Shown in pieces: positions 1-8,327 of a stretch of DNA of 64,000 nucleotides (within the stretch, counting starts at the first letter, position 1; the number at the start of each line of letters is the position of its first letter). The position numbers and the translations under genes are program-made. The notes below the pieces were generated by a model. It was given only the letters and a program-made list of their open reading frames with translations. It did not search any database and was not told the DNA's origin. The DNA is taken from the NCBI GenBank assembly GCA_040389185.1, contig JAZKAJ010000005.1:19887-83886 (forward strand), given 5' to 3'. Source of the stretch: Patescibacteria group bacterium (lineage in GTDB: Bacteria > Patescibacteriota > Minisyncoccia > Phycocordibacterales > CAIRYW01).

Positions 1-316
1 TTGGCCAAACCTGAATAAGCATCTCCCCTTCGATATATTCATAACAATACATTTGTGGTGAATCAGATTTGAAAATGACTTTTGGTATTGATACTCCGAG
101 ATTGTTGTCATACAAAAATTCAATGATTTTCGCCTCTTTCATCAAATCATTTTCCGGTTCGAATTCTTTTATATCTCGTTCTTGTTTTACGATATATTTT
201 CCTCCATCTGAGGTTTCAATATAGTAGGCATTATTAACAGAGCCCTTTCCTTTGAGGGTGAGTGACGTGATTTCTTTGTTGAGGAGGTGAGAGATTTGGG
301 AGTGGAGAGGATTCAT
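1..316 (-). CDS. Phosphotransferase (APH/CotS-type kinase fold) family protein, N-terminal part; the CDS runs off the window start.
   Basis: The reverse-strand translation begins MNPLHSQISHLLNKEITSLTLKGKGSVNNAYYIETSDGGKYIVKQ. This matches the G-x-x-N-x-x-Y and lysine pattern of the aminoglycoside/choline kinase-like N-lobe. The ATG is at 314-316. Confidence 0.5.
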   Translation of the reverse strand, partial: MNPLHSQISHLLNKEITSLTLKGKGSVNNAYYIETSDGGKYIVKQERDIKEFEPENDLMKEAKIIEFLYDNNLGVSIPKVIFKSDSPQMYCYEYIEGEMLIQVWP

Positions 317-338
317 TGGGATTTATAATCTTTTATAT

Positions 339-1091
339 TTACTTTAATAAGTTAAATAACTGTTCATGAATCTTGGGATTCCCCCCTATAAACATTCTAT
401 CTTCATGATTTATTTCTTGATTATTAAAATTTGTAAAAATTCCCCCTGCTTCTTGAATGATAAAGCCTCCAGCAAACTCAGGAAAACTATCTTTTGTAAA
501 AGAAATAATACCATCCACTCTTCCGCAAGCTACCCAACAATAATTAATAGCAAAAGAAAAATTCTGTCTTATAACCTCAAAATTCCTTATCAGTTCTTCC
601 ACTTTAGTTATTTTTTCGCCACCCTTCCAAGCCTGTGATTGAAGAAAAATTAATTTATTTTGATTAGTTCCAACATTAATCTTCTCACTATTCAAGAAAG
701 CACCTCTGCCTTCATAAGCGGTAAACATTTCCTTTTCTGACGGATCGTAAACAGCAGAAAACACTGTTTTACTATCAACAATGTGAGCAACAACTATTCC
801 GTAATGTTTTTGTCCATTAATAAATGTGTGTGTACCACTGATTGGATCAATCACCCAAATATGCTTACTTTTTTTAAACATATCATTTTCCTCTTCAGCA
901 TAAACACAATGATCATTACCAAAAGTTACAATAATTTCCTTTAGACCTCTCTCAATCAACAGATCCTCCTCGGTTAAATCTTTTTTAGTTATACCAATAT
1001 CAGCTATATTTCCAGCTCGTTTTACGAGTCTTTCACCAGAAACTGTCATAAAGTCGAGTATTTTTTGATAATCAGGTTCTTTTGAATTCAT
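339..1091 (-). CDS. Inositol monophosphatase family protein (SuhB/IMPase-like).
   Basis: The 250-aa ORF carries the WVIDPISGT motif, comparable to the WxIDPIDGT motif characteristic of the IMPase family. Confidence 0.8.
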   Translation of the reverse strand: MNSKEPDYQKILDFMTVSGERLVKRAGNIADIGITKKDLTEEDLLIERGLKEIIVTFGNDHCVYAEEENDMFKKSKHIWVIDPISGTHTFINGQKHYGIVVAHIVDSKTVFSAVYDPSEKEMFTAYEGRGAFLNSEKINVGTNQNKLIFLQSQAWKGGEKITKVEELIRNFEVIRQNFSFAINYCWVACGRVDGIISFTKDSFPEFAGGFIIQEAGGIFTNFNNQEINHEDRMFIGGNPKIHEQLFNLLK

Positions 1092-1211
1092 ATATTAAAT
1101 GATATCACAAATACAGAGGTTCAAATATTTTTTATAAATGAAGAAGCTCGAAACTTATAGTTTCAGTATTCGATTCTCCGGCACAAGTCCCCCCAGACTT
1201 GCTTGGGGTCA

Positions 1212-1259
1212 CAATATGAAAAAACAGCCCGAATATTCTGGCTGTTTTTTCATATTGTG
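1212..1259. terminator. Perfect 20-bp-arm palindrome with flanking A/T runs, acting as a bidirectional intrinsic terminator.
   Basis: The sequence cacaatatgaaaaaacagcc-cgaatattct-ggctgttttttcatattgtg lies between two minus-strand genes. Confidence 0.6.
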
Positions 1260-1358
1260 AGCCTTCTCGTAATAGAGCCTTTCAGTTCATTGCCCAGTAA
1301 GACTTATTCGATTGTTTTTATACTATCATAATGGACCTTCTCATGCGTTATTTTTCAA

Positions 1359-1745
1359 TTATTCAATTTGATATGTAGAATATCCATCTTCTGAGAGTTT
1401 GTGTCTTTCGTCTCCATTCAATGCTGGAAAAAATACACACATCAAAACCAAATCTTCTTCATCACTTGCCGATAATTCATGTTCATCGTTTTCGGGTATA
1501 TAAAGTGTATCAGGTACGATTTCATAAGACTCGCCTTTTGATCTCACCGACCCTTTTCCCGATATACAATAACAAGCTTCTACATGATTCAAATACTGAA
1601 GTTTTGAAGTAGTTCCTTTATTCACAATTGTCTTAGTAACACTAAAAGGTAAGTTATCAGACTTTGTTAAAAATCTAGATGACTTTCCATTACCCCAATT
1701 AACAACCTTATCTTCAGGTAAATTTTTTAAATGTTTGATTATCAT
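1359..1745 (-). CDS. Ectoine synthase-like cupin (EctC family), orphan; no ectA or ectB is present in the window.
   Basis: The 128-aa ORF has HVEACYCISGKG, DEHELSAS and LVLMCVFFPALNGDERH segments that parallel conserved EctC blocks (HFEAVYCIEGEG, DEHLLRA, ACVFxPxLxGxExH). Confidence 0.6.
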   Translation of the reverse strand: MIIKHLKNLPEDKVVNWGNGKSSRFLTKSDNLPFSVTKTIVNKGTTSKLQYLNHVEACYCISGKGSVRSKGESYEIVPDTLYIPENDEHELSASDEEDLVLMCVFFPALNGDERHKLSEDGYSTYQIE

Positions 1746-1748
1746 AAA

Positions 1749-1886
1749 TTATTGAATTAATTCTTTAATATCCATATGAGTTATTTTTAACTCTTTTAGG
1801 ATACCACAAAAACCTTTTCCTTTTAGGGTGAAGTTAGTTATTTGTTTGTTGAGGAGGTGAGAGATTTGGGAGTGGAGAGGGTTCAT
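1749..1886 (-). pseudogene. Truncated 46-codon duplicate of the 5' end of the phosphotransferase gene at 1-316.
   Basis: The first ~42 nt are near-identical to the start of the gene at 316 (atgaaYcctctccactcccaaatctctcacctcctcaacaaa). The reading frame stops after 46 codons, 4 nt before the ATG of the EctC-like gene. Confidence 0.45.
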
Positions 1887-1927
1887 AGATTTAATATCAC
1901 AACGACCCTTCTCGTGTGTAAGTAAAT

Positions 1928-2590
1928 TTAATATCTACAAGCTTTAATAAAATCAATACCCATTGGTGTAAGCTCTATAAAATCATAGGTTCTTAACACT
2001 AAAGGATAATTTCCAATTGTAGTGCCACCTTTAGAGGAGGGTGTTTGACACAATCCCAATCTAAATAAATTACCCACCAGAATATCATATTCATCACCAG
2101 AAACGCCAGCAAACTTAATAACTTTTTCTTTAATTATCCCAGTTTTATCTTGTTCATCCTTTGGTTTATCTTTAACTTGGTCATAAAAGGTGTCCAATAT
2201 TTTAATTTCAAGTGGTGATAATTGCTTGAGTATATCTGGATAACCGGGCCTAATAATCGAGTTTGAATTCGGATCTGCTGCGTTTGCTAGCATTGCAGAC
2301 CAACGGTCTTTCATACCCTCATCTTCTTCAAGGGAACCGTTTTCAATTATAGGTAGTAATGTTTTCGGTAAAACCTTATTAGGAGTAATTCCTTTATTTT
2401 CTAAAAAGGATTTTGCTTTTAAAACTAGATTTATTTGATTTTTGAATCTCCAAAATTTTACTGTATCAGAAAGCATTCCACCACCTTCTTCAAGCGCAGG
2501 ATTAACCAACTGTCCTAAAAACTTCTCAGCAATTTTTGCTGATTCTTTTATTGCTGTAGTGATTGGATCTTGTGGTGTTAAATCAGACAT
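1928..2590 (-). CDS. Hypothetical protein, 220 aa, adjacent to tRNA-Glu.
   Basis: Long ORF with a coherent hydrophilic composition and no motif I can assign. A vague resemblance to Abi-alpha/DUF4393-type proteins is speculative only. Confidence 0.55.
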   Translation of the reverse strand: MSDLTPQDPITTAIKESAKIAEKFLGQLVNPALEEGGGMLSDTVKFWRFKNQINLVLKAKSFLENKGITPNKVLPKTLLPIIENGSLEEDEGMKDRWSAMLANAADPNSNSIIRPGYPDILKQLSPLEIKILDTFYDQVKDKPKDEQDKTGIIKEKVIKFAGVSGDEYDILVGNLFRLGLCQTPSSKGGTTIGNYPLVLRTYDFIELTPMGIDFIKACRY

Positions 2591-2761
2591 AAGTTACTCG
2601 CACTAGTTCTAAATCATGGTCACGAGTTACTAAGTATAATTTTTCGCTTCGCTCAAATTCTACTAAGTACTCTCGACCCCGTCTCGTTTGTCGCAAAGCG
2701 ACAAAACTGCGACCGTCATCCTCGCTCGCTCACAAAGCAGTTTGTGTGCTTTTTGCTCGTA

Positions 2762-2833
2762 TGACCCCACGGAGAATCGAACTCCGATTTAAGCATTGAG
2801 AACGCTTCGTCCTAACCGTTAGACGATGGGGCC
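2762..2833 (-). tRNA. tRNA-Glu (anticodon CUC).
   Basis: Manual cloverleaf fold: acceptor GGCCCCA/TGGGGTC, D-stem GTCT/GGAC, anticodon stem AAGCG/TGCTT, loop TTCTCAA (CTC), T-arm CGGAG-TTCGATT-CTCCG and discriminator A. No encoded CCA. Confidence 0.8.
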
Positions 2834-2884
2834 GCCAATTAACTCAAATACAATAACATTTTTTTACACGAAATCAAAGATTTA

Positions 2885-2914
2885 TTGACAATATATAATA
2901 CAAATAGTATAAAT
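2885..2914 (+). promoter_or_regulatory. Sigma70-like promoter (TTGACA, 17-nt spacer, TATAAAT).
   Basis: Consensus -35 and -10 hexamers with 17-nt spacing lie ~20 nt upstream of the ATG at 2934. Confidence 0.4.
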
Positions 2915-2933
2915 TAATTCTTATTGTACACCC

Positions 2934-3167
2934 ATGAAAATCTTCACATCCGAGGCGCGAGCCCAAATCGTCAAGTTCTACGCTGAGCACCAAAAGGGAT
3001 GGATTGTCCTCAATCATCATGACGAATTCGTCACAAAAGAGTCCCCCCATCAACCTCTGAGTGACATAGAGGTGCTCCACGCAGCCCTCGAAGCCACAGG
3101 CAAAGTTAATTATACTGAATGCAGTCCTGACGCTGCCTTGGCAATGATTTTTGGCCCCGCGGTCTAG
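2934..3167 (+). CDS. Hypothetical small protein (77 aa) in a locally higher-GC segment.
   Basis: The ORF lies downstream of a consensus promoter. The opposite-strand ORF 2874-3308 translates to Cys/Trp-rich junk. Confidence 0.35.
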   Translation: MKIFTSEARAQIVKFYAEHQKGWIVLNHHDEFVTKESPHQPLSDIEVLHAALEATGKVNYTECSPDAALAMIFGPAV

Positions 3168-3298
3168 GAGTAAAATCCTGATTTCACTTAACCCCCGAAT
3201 TGCTTTGCAATGTGGGGATTTTTTATTAAAAATCAAAAGTAAATTGGGCATTGATTTTGATTGCCATAAAGAGAGAAATAGGTATAATTCCTCCAGCC

Positions 3299-3658
3299 AT
3301 GGAAACACAATTATCAGAAGCTCTTTCGCAATGTCCGGGCGTCACAAACACCCGAATTCTCAAGACACCACCAACACCAGCACCAAACTTGGAGAGCGTG
3401 TTGAATGAAACAATTGCATTCAACTATGTTTATCCGGCATGTGAGATTCCTGCCGTTATCCACGGATGCATGCGTGCTTTAGGGTTTTGTCCACGTCAAC
3501 AACAACCAGTCTCTTTTCAGACCAGCGGCCCTGGGATTGAGGCACTTTATGCAGGAATCTTCGAAAACGATCATTTTGCATACAGGATTGCCATCTCATG
3601 GCTCGAGAAAGATGACAGACTTGCTGTCCTCCATTTGACTCAGTTGATTGAGGAATGA
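3299..3658 (+). CDS. Hypothetical protein (119 aa), higher GC, possibly leaderless.
   Basis: ATG at 3299 in the 3251-3658 frame. A TTGCCA-16nt-TATAAT promoter at 3261-3288 puts the start site ~3 nt before the ATG. A terminator follows at 3660. Confidence 0.45.
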   Translation: METQLSEALSQCPGVTNTRILKTPPTPAPNLESVLNETIAFNYVYPACEIPAVIHGCMRALGFCPRQQQPVSFQTSGPGIEALYAGIFENDHFAYRIAISWLEKDDRLAVLHLTQLIEE

Positions 3659-3659
3659 A

Positions 3660-3686
3660 ATACCGTTTAACAACGGTATTTTTTAT
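3660..3686 (+). terminator. Intrinsic terminator (ataccgtt-taac-aacggtat followed by a T-run).
   Basis: Hairpin plus T6 immediately after the stop codon at 3658. Confidence 0.6.
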
Positions 3687-3755
3687 TTGGAAAAAAAACA
3701 TATTTCATTAAATTAATTCTACAAGTAGCATTAAATCTGATATCCTTATATCCCC

Positions 3756-4034
3756 ATGAGACTTAAGCAACTACAAAAAATCATAAAAGAAATTCTTAGA
3801 AATTTGAAGACTGAACTCTTTACTCGAAAATTATTTACCGATGGAATAAAAAAATTCTTTAAAAAGATAGCTGGGGTAATTCTGATATTTTTTGGTCTTT
3901 TTGGCGCACTAATTCCTATTCCACTCGTGCCTTTTTTCTTACTTTCAATTGCAGGATTAAAACTAGTCGGGATCAAAAAAGACGAGCTCGACAAAATTAA
4001 AGGTGATATTCAAATACTTGTAAAGAAAAAATAA
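3756..4034 (+). CDS. Small membrane protein (92 aa), hypothetical.
   Basis: Basic N-terminal region followed by a hydrophobic segment GVILIFFGLFGALIPIPLVPFFLLSIAGL. Confidence 0.45.
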   Translation: MRLKQLQKIIKEILRNLKTELFTRKLFTDGIKKFFKKIAGVILIFFGLFGALIPIPLVPFFLLSIAGLKLVGIKKDELDKIKGDIQILVKKK

Positions 4035-4096
4035 AAAAACTGCTAACACCTGGGGCATTAGCAGCGACAAAGGAAAGAGCGAAATCTCAACTCAAA

Positions 4097-4474
4097 TTAA
4101 GGAGCATCCTCAATGACGGCGAATCCGTGCTGGCGAAGATGATCTACCAAATATAAGACACTCCATCCCAAGATCCGAATCTCCGAAAAATACAGACCAG
4201 GGAATGTATCATCCCGCATTTCCAGCTCTGGAGCCTCCATCAGTCCCCCGTCCTTAAACCGGTCCCAACGCTTGAGAGATTGATAGATGAGGCAGTGAAG
4301 AGCAGGTGCGGCCGCTGCTGGCTGAATATAAAGCTGAAGGATACTGCCTTTCCCTTCATAAGGGAGATACCGTGCCAACACTGGACTACCGTTTACTTGA
4401 AGTTTGTTCATAAGAGAGAGTTTTGTTTGTGCAATCCAAAAAATTATACATTTAAATCTATGACTGTCAATCAT
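4097..4474 (-). CDS. Hypothetical protein (125 aa) in a higher-GC patch.
   Basis: ORF only. GC is elevated relative to the flanks and no motif is recognised. Confidence 0.3.
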   Translation of the reverse strand: MIDSHRFKCIIFWIAQTKLSLMNKLQVNGSPVLARYLPYEGKGSILQLYIQPAAAAPALHCLIYQSLKRWDRFKDGGLMEAPELEMRDDTFPGLYFSEIRILGWSVLYLVDHLRQHGFAVIEDAP

Positions 4475-4534
4475 AAACCCGTATGGAGAAGCTAATTAAT
4501 TAGCCTCTCCATACGGGTGACAATCCATCGTCAT

Positions 4535-4690
4535 TTATTCTTCTGGTTCTCCAGGATTCTCCTCAATCCCCCTCACTTCATCGACAGACATCTCTCGTCC
4601 GCATCTGTTACATTTCAAAAATTCGGGATCATCTAATATCATTATTGATCCACACTCATCACAAATGACATCTTGAAGTATATTGTTCAT
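4535..4690 (-). CDS. Small zinc-ribbon protein (51 aa; CxxC...CxxC), downstream of murF.
   Basis: The translation is MNNILQDVICDECGSIMILDDPEFLKCNRCGREMSVDEVRGIEENPGEPEE. Not in the ORF track because it is shorter than 60 aa. Confidence 0.4.
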   Translation of the reverse strand: MNNILQDVICDECGSIMILDDPEFLKCNRCGREMSVDEVRGIEENPGEPEE

Positions 4691-4707
4691 ATTTTTAACT
4701 CCTACGA

Positions 4708-6018
4708 TTATAAGGACGAAGGGAAATATAAGTTATGACAAAAGCGTCGCACCTGTCTCACAAGTAGTTTCTCCTTTTGTTTTGGATCGAGCATTATTCT
4801 CTCTACCACTTTCTCAAGTCTCATTCCTTGAGATCCTTTTACATACACAATGTCACCTGCAGATATTTTATCTTTCATTGCCTCCCCTGTATCGATTGAA
4901 TTTTCAAATACAAAAATATTTTCTTCTTTGAATTTATTTTCAAGAAGGGCACCTTTCATTTCTTTGGCTCTGATTCCAACAAGTCCCACGATATCAAATA
5001 TCTCCGCTGCGAGAAGTCCTAGCCTATGATGTTCATCCTGAGAAAGCTTGCCGAGCTCAAGCATATCGCCTACAATCGCGATCTTCTTGCTAGTACAATT
5101 CAATCCTTTTATTGCATTAAATCCTTCTTCCATCGCTACGGGAGATGCGTTATAGGTATCATCGATAATGACTGAATCATTAATTCCAGAAATTATATTC
5201 ATTCGCCCTCGAGGAAATTCATATGAATCGAAAGACTCAACAGCTTTGAGAGGGCTGAGACCCAATGCATTTATAACTGCAAATGATGCGAGTACTGGAT
5301 AGACAAACTGATTACCATAAATATCTTCAAGTGAGACCGGGATACTTGATCCCAGAATATCAACTTTGAAGGCAATGCCTTTCACCTTTTCATTTTTGTA
5401 AATCGGTTGAATGAAGCTTGCTTTAACATCTGCCTTATCTTTGATGCTAAATGTGAGCACTTTTGCGCTTGTGAATTCTTTGAATCCCATTACATCGCTA
5501 TCATCTGCATTCAAGATGAGAGTCCCCTCGGGCTTTAGACCTCGAGCGAGATATGACTTTTCTTTGATGACTTCGGCTACTGATCGATAGTATTCAACGT
5601 GTACCGGTACACTTCCAATACGAGTAATAACTGAAATATCGGGATGAATCCATTTCATTACTTCCTCTATCTCTCCTGGATGATCTGCTCCAATCTCAAG
5701 CACAAGCCATTCTGGGTACTTTGATTTTGATACAACAAGCCAAAACGCATCGTACATATTTTTAAACCAAAGCTTATGATCACTCCAGGCATTTGGGAGT
5801 CCAAGAATTGTAAGAGGGATTCCGATATCACTATTGAAACTTTTGGCACTTTTTCGAACAAAGAAAAAAGGAGAGAGTGCGGTATATATTGCATCCTTTG
5901 TCGAAGTTTTACCTACACTTCCTGTCACCGCCACAATCTTTGGCTTGTACTTTTTGAGAACAAGTTTTGCCTCGATGGTAAGAATCTTAATGACGATTTT
6001 CTTTAATATGTTTTTCAT
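4708..6018 (-). CDS. murF: UDP-N-acetylmuramoyl-tripeptide--D-alanyl-D-alanine ligase.
   Basis: 436-aa ORF with the Mur ligase P-loop GSVGKTSTK and Mur ligase middle/C-terminal signatures, in a dcw context. Confidence 0.88.
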   Translation of the reverse strand: MKNILKKIVIKILTIEAKLVLKKYKPKIVAVTGSVGKTSTKDAIYTALSPFFFVRKSAKSFNSDIGIPLTILGLPNAWSDHKLWFKNMYDAFWLVVSKSKYPEWLVLEIGADHPGEIEEVMKWIHPDISVITRIGSVPVHVEYYRSVAEVIKEKSYLARGLKPEGTLILNADDSDVMGFKEFTSAKVLTFSIKDKADVKASFIQPIYKNEKVKGIAFKVDILGSSIPVSLEDIYGNQFVYPVLASFAVINALGLSPLKAVESFDSYEFPRGRMNIISGINDSVIIDDTYNASPVAMEEGFNAIKGLNCTSKKIAIVGDMLELGKLSQDEHHRLGLLAAEIFDIVGLVGIRAKEMKGALLENKFKEENIFVFENSIDTGEAMKDKISAGDIVYVKGSQGMRLEKVVERIMLDPKQKEKLLVRQVRRFCHNLYFPSSL

Positions 6019-6092
6019 TTGGTTTTGTATTTACTTGACTACTTGGAACTTGTTACTTGAATACTTCCAGACAGATAATTTTGTCCTCAAAA

Positions 6093-7802
6093 TTATCTGT
6101 CTGGTGATAATTCATAATAGCTTATAAGAAATTTCGAGAGATCAAAGAATGGTAACGCGAGTGTATCTGCCGCAAAAAGATTGTCAGTTCTTGGATTATA
6201 AGTGTAAAGAAAGACAATAAACTTCGGATCATAAGCTGGGAAATATCCAAAGAATGAGTGAAGGTATTTGTCACTGTAGTACCCTCCATTTGGACTTGGT
6301 ACCTGAGCTGTTCCTGTCTTTGCTGCGATTGTGTAGTGATCGTTCTTGCCCTTACCTTGAATGAGAGCTGTGTCTACCACCTCTACAAGCATCTTTGTAA
6401 CCGCCTTGCTTGTCTCCTCTTTGATTGCTCGAGGGCCTGTTGTAATATCGGTGTTTTTAAAGAATCCTCCTTTGTAATTCACCTTCTTGATAATATGAGG
6501 AGTTACTAGAGTACCACCATTGGCTATTACTGACAACGCACGGATAGTTGAGATTGCCGTGAGGGCAATTCCTTGGCCGAATGATGCTGTATAGTACTCA
6601 ACATCTCGCGGACTATCGAGGTTGCTTACAATATTTGCAGCTTCGTTTGGAAGATCAATCCCCGTCTTTTCTTTGAGACCAAACTTGCCCATATAGTCTG
6701 AAAATTGTTTATTACCGAGCTTGCTTACGACATACGACACACCCACATTCAAAGAGTCATTCAAGACCTGTTGCATTGATGTAATACCATGGGCTTTTTT
6801 GTCGTGATTCCAGATCGTCATTGTGTTTGCTTTGACATATCCAATGTCGTTGTAGGTTGATGTGGGAGTGATCACACCGGCATCAATCCCGGCAGCAATC
6901 GTAAGTGGTTTTATGATCGATCCCATTTCTCGCACATTATCAACAAGCGGATTACCAAATACCGATACATCCTTTTCTCCGCTAAAATCATTTGGATCAA
7001 ATGTTGGAACATCTGCCATCGCATAGATCTCACCTGTCTTTGGGTTCATAATGATACCACCAGTTTCTACCGAACTATACTGCGTCTGCACTTTAGCCAA
7101 AGTGTCTTCAAGTGTTGCCTGAACAGATGGCTCGATCGTCGCCACAATATCTCCTTCGAATGAATCATCCTTTGAAACAGTCTTTTGCCAGTTACGAAAT
7201 ATTTCTACGAAAAAGTTGGCATATACATCGTCTTTGTTTCGCTCGAGAACCTTGTCGTAGAACTTTTCGAGTCCATAACGTCCCGCATATTCATCACCTT
7301 TGAAGCCCAAAAATCCTAGTACGTTTGCTGCAGTTTTGCCTCCCGGGTAAAATCTCCACTGTTCTTTGTAGAGATAAACTCCTGGAATTTTCAAATTTTG
7401 GATCGCTATCGCTTTGTCTTCTGGAATTTTTTTTGTAATCTCTTCGTATGGGTCAGTTGATTTTGAAGCCTTTGCCAAAAAATCTTCAGAATCGATATCG
7501 GTGATACTTGAGATCTTTTCCAAAACCTGTTCCTTGTCTTTGAGAATTGTTGGATTGATTGCGAGAATATATCCAATTTTCAAAGTTCCTGCAGACACAA
7601 GTCCACCATCTTTATCTTCAAAGAAAATGGTGCCACGAGAAAATATTCCACCACTTTTTTTGACATATTGGTTGTCAGCAATCTCCACAAAGTCATCATG
7701 GTGTAAGACCTGGAGAAAATAGAGCTTTATAAAAAAAATAAATGCTACCAACACTATACATATTGATAGCACTCTTAGTCTTTTTATACTGTCTTTGTTC
7801 AT
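6093..7802 (-). CDS. ftsI: Penicillin-binding protein transpeptidase (FtsI/PBP3-like).
   Basis: 569-aa ORF with an N-terminal membrane anchor and transpeptidase motifs (SIIKP, SxN region, KTGTA). Positioned between ftsL and murF. Confidence 0.88.
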   Translation of the reverse strand: MNKDSIKRLRVLSICIVLVAFIFFIKLYFLQVLHHDDFVEIADNQYVKKSGGIFSRGTIFFEDKDGGLVSAGTLKIGYILAINPTILKDKEQVLEKISSITDIDSEDFLAKASKSTDPYEEITKKIPEDKAIAIQNLKIPGVYLYKEQWRFYPGGKTAANVLGFLGFKGDEYAGRYGLEKFYDKVLERNKDDVYANFFVEIFRNWQKTVSKDDSFEGDIVATIEPSVQATLEDTLAKVQTQYSSVETGGIIMNPKTGEIYAMADVPTFDPNDFSGEKDVSVFGNPLVDNVREMGSIIKPLTIAAGIDAGVITPTSTYNDIGYVKANTMTIWNHDKKAHGITSMQQVLNDSLNVGVSYVVSKLGNKQFSDYMGKFGLKEKTGIDLPNEAANIVSNLDSPRDVEYYTASFGQGIALTAISTIRALSVIANGGTLVTPHIIKKVNYKGGFFKNTDITTGPRAIKEETSKAVTKMLVEVVDTALIQGKGKNDHYTIAAKTGTAQVPSPNGGYYSDKYLHSFFGYFPAYDPKFIVFLYTYNPRTDNLFAADTLALPFFDLSKFLISYYELSPDR

Positions 7803-7912
7803 CCTGTTCGAAATAGGAAGCGCTTATCGCCTCCCAGTATATTATTTAATAATTATAAATCGTTACTTTCTAGCTTATCTTGTGCTGAAACTAAGCACTT
7901 CCGTAGTATATG
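7803..7912 (-). promoter_or_regulatory. Conserved 5' leader (ftsI copy): CATATACTACGGAAGTGCTTAG ... AAGCGCTTCCTATTTCGAACAGG-ATG.
   Basis: Matches the leader described under the 18471-18584 feature. It lies in the 190-nt gap between ftsL and ftsI. Confidence 0.4.
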
Positions 7913-7990
7913 TGAATGTAAACAGTTTATCATTGTTTTTGCTTTATTTTAATATGTTAGCTTCGAATAACTGTGGGATTTCGAACGGGA

Positions 7991-8305
7991 TTAAATTCTG
8001 TCTTTGCTTACGAATGCAGTCTGGCTGAGCCCTGCCTTTGCAACGATCACATTGTCTGCATCGACGAATCCGAGTGATCGAGCAAGTTCTGGATTAATTT
8101 TGGCTTTAATATTTAGGTATGAAAATTCCATTTCACTAAGCTTGCTTGTGACCTCACTAATTTCCTTTTCTCCTCTCTGTCTTTCGAGTGTGTTGTAGAC
8201 AGTGCTTCCAACAAGTCCAATATATGTAAATACAAGTACGCCAAGAATTCCGCCGAGGGCCCAGATCTGCTTTTGATATTTGAATTGTGTTGGCATCTTT
8301 GTCAT
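7991..8305 (-). CDS. ftsL: Cell division protein FtsL-like (single-pass membrane, coiled-coil).
   Basis: 104-aa ORF with one transmembrane helix plus a coiled coil, located between rsmH and ftsI. Confidence 0.55.
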   Translation of the reverse strand: MTKMPTQFKYQKQIWALGGILGVLVFTYIGLVGSTVYNTLERQRGEKEISEVTSKLSEMEFSYLNIKAKINPELARSLGFVDADNVIVAKAGLSQTAFVSKDRI

Positions 8306-8327
8306 ATGAAATGTACTTTTTTAATTA

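Noticed and set aside
1141-1215. TTCGATTC-containing segment, examined as a possible tmRNA or tRNA 3' end.
   Set aside because: No complementary T-stem or acceptor pairing could be formed.
2650-2760. Weak similarity of the tRNA-Glu downstream region (gagcgagcgagg...cgagagtact) to the 38789/39881 repeat element.
   Set aside because: Only two short shared words in a different arrangement, which could be chance. It is not counted as a third copy.
2874-3308. Minus-strand ORF of 144 aa overlapping the 2934-3167 and 3299-3658 plus-strand ORFs.
   Set aside because: Translation is Cys/Trp-rich and low-complexity. Promoters and a terminator support the plus-strand genes.
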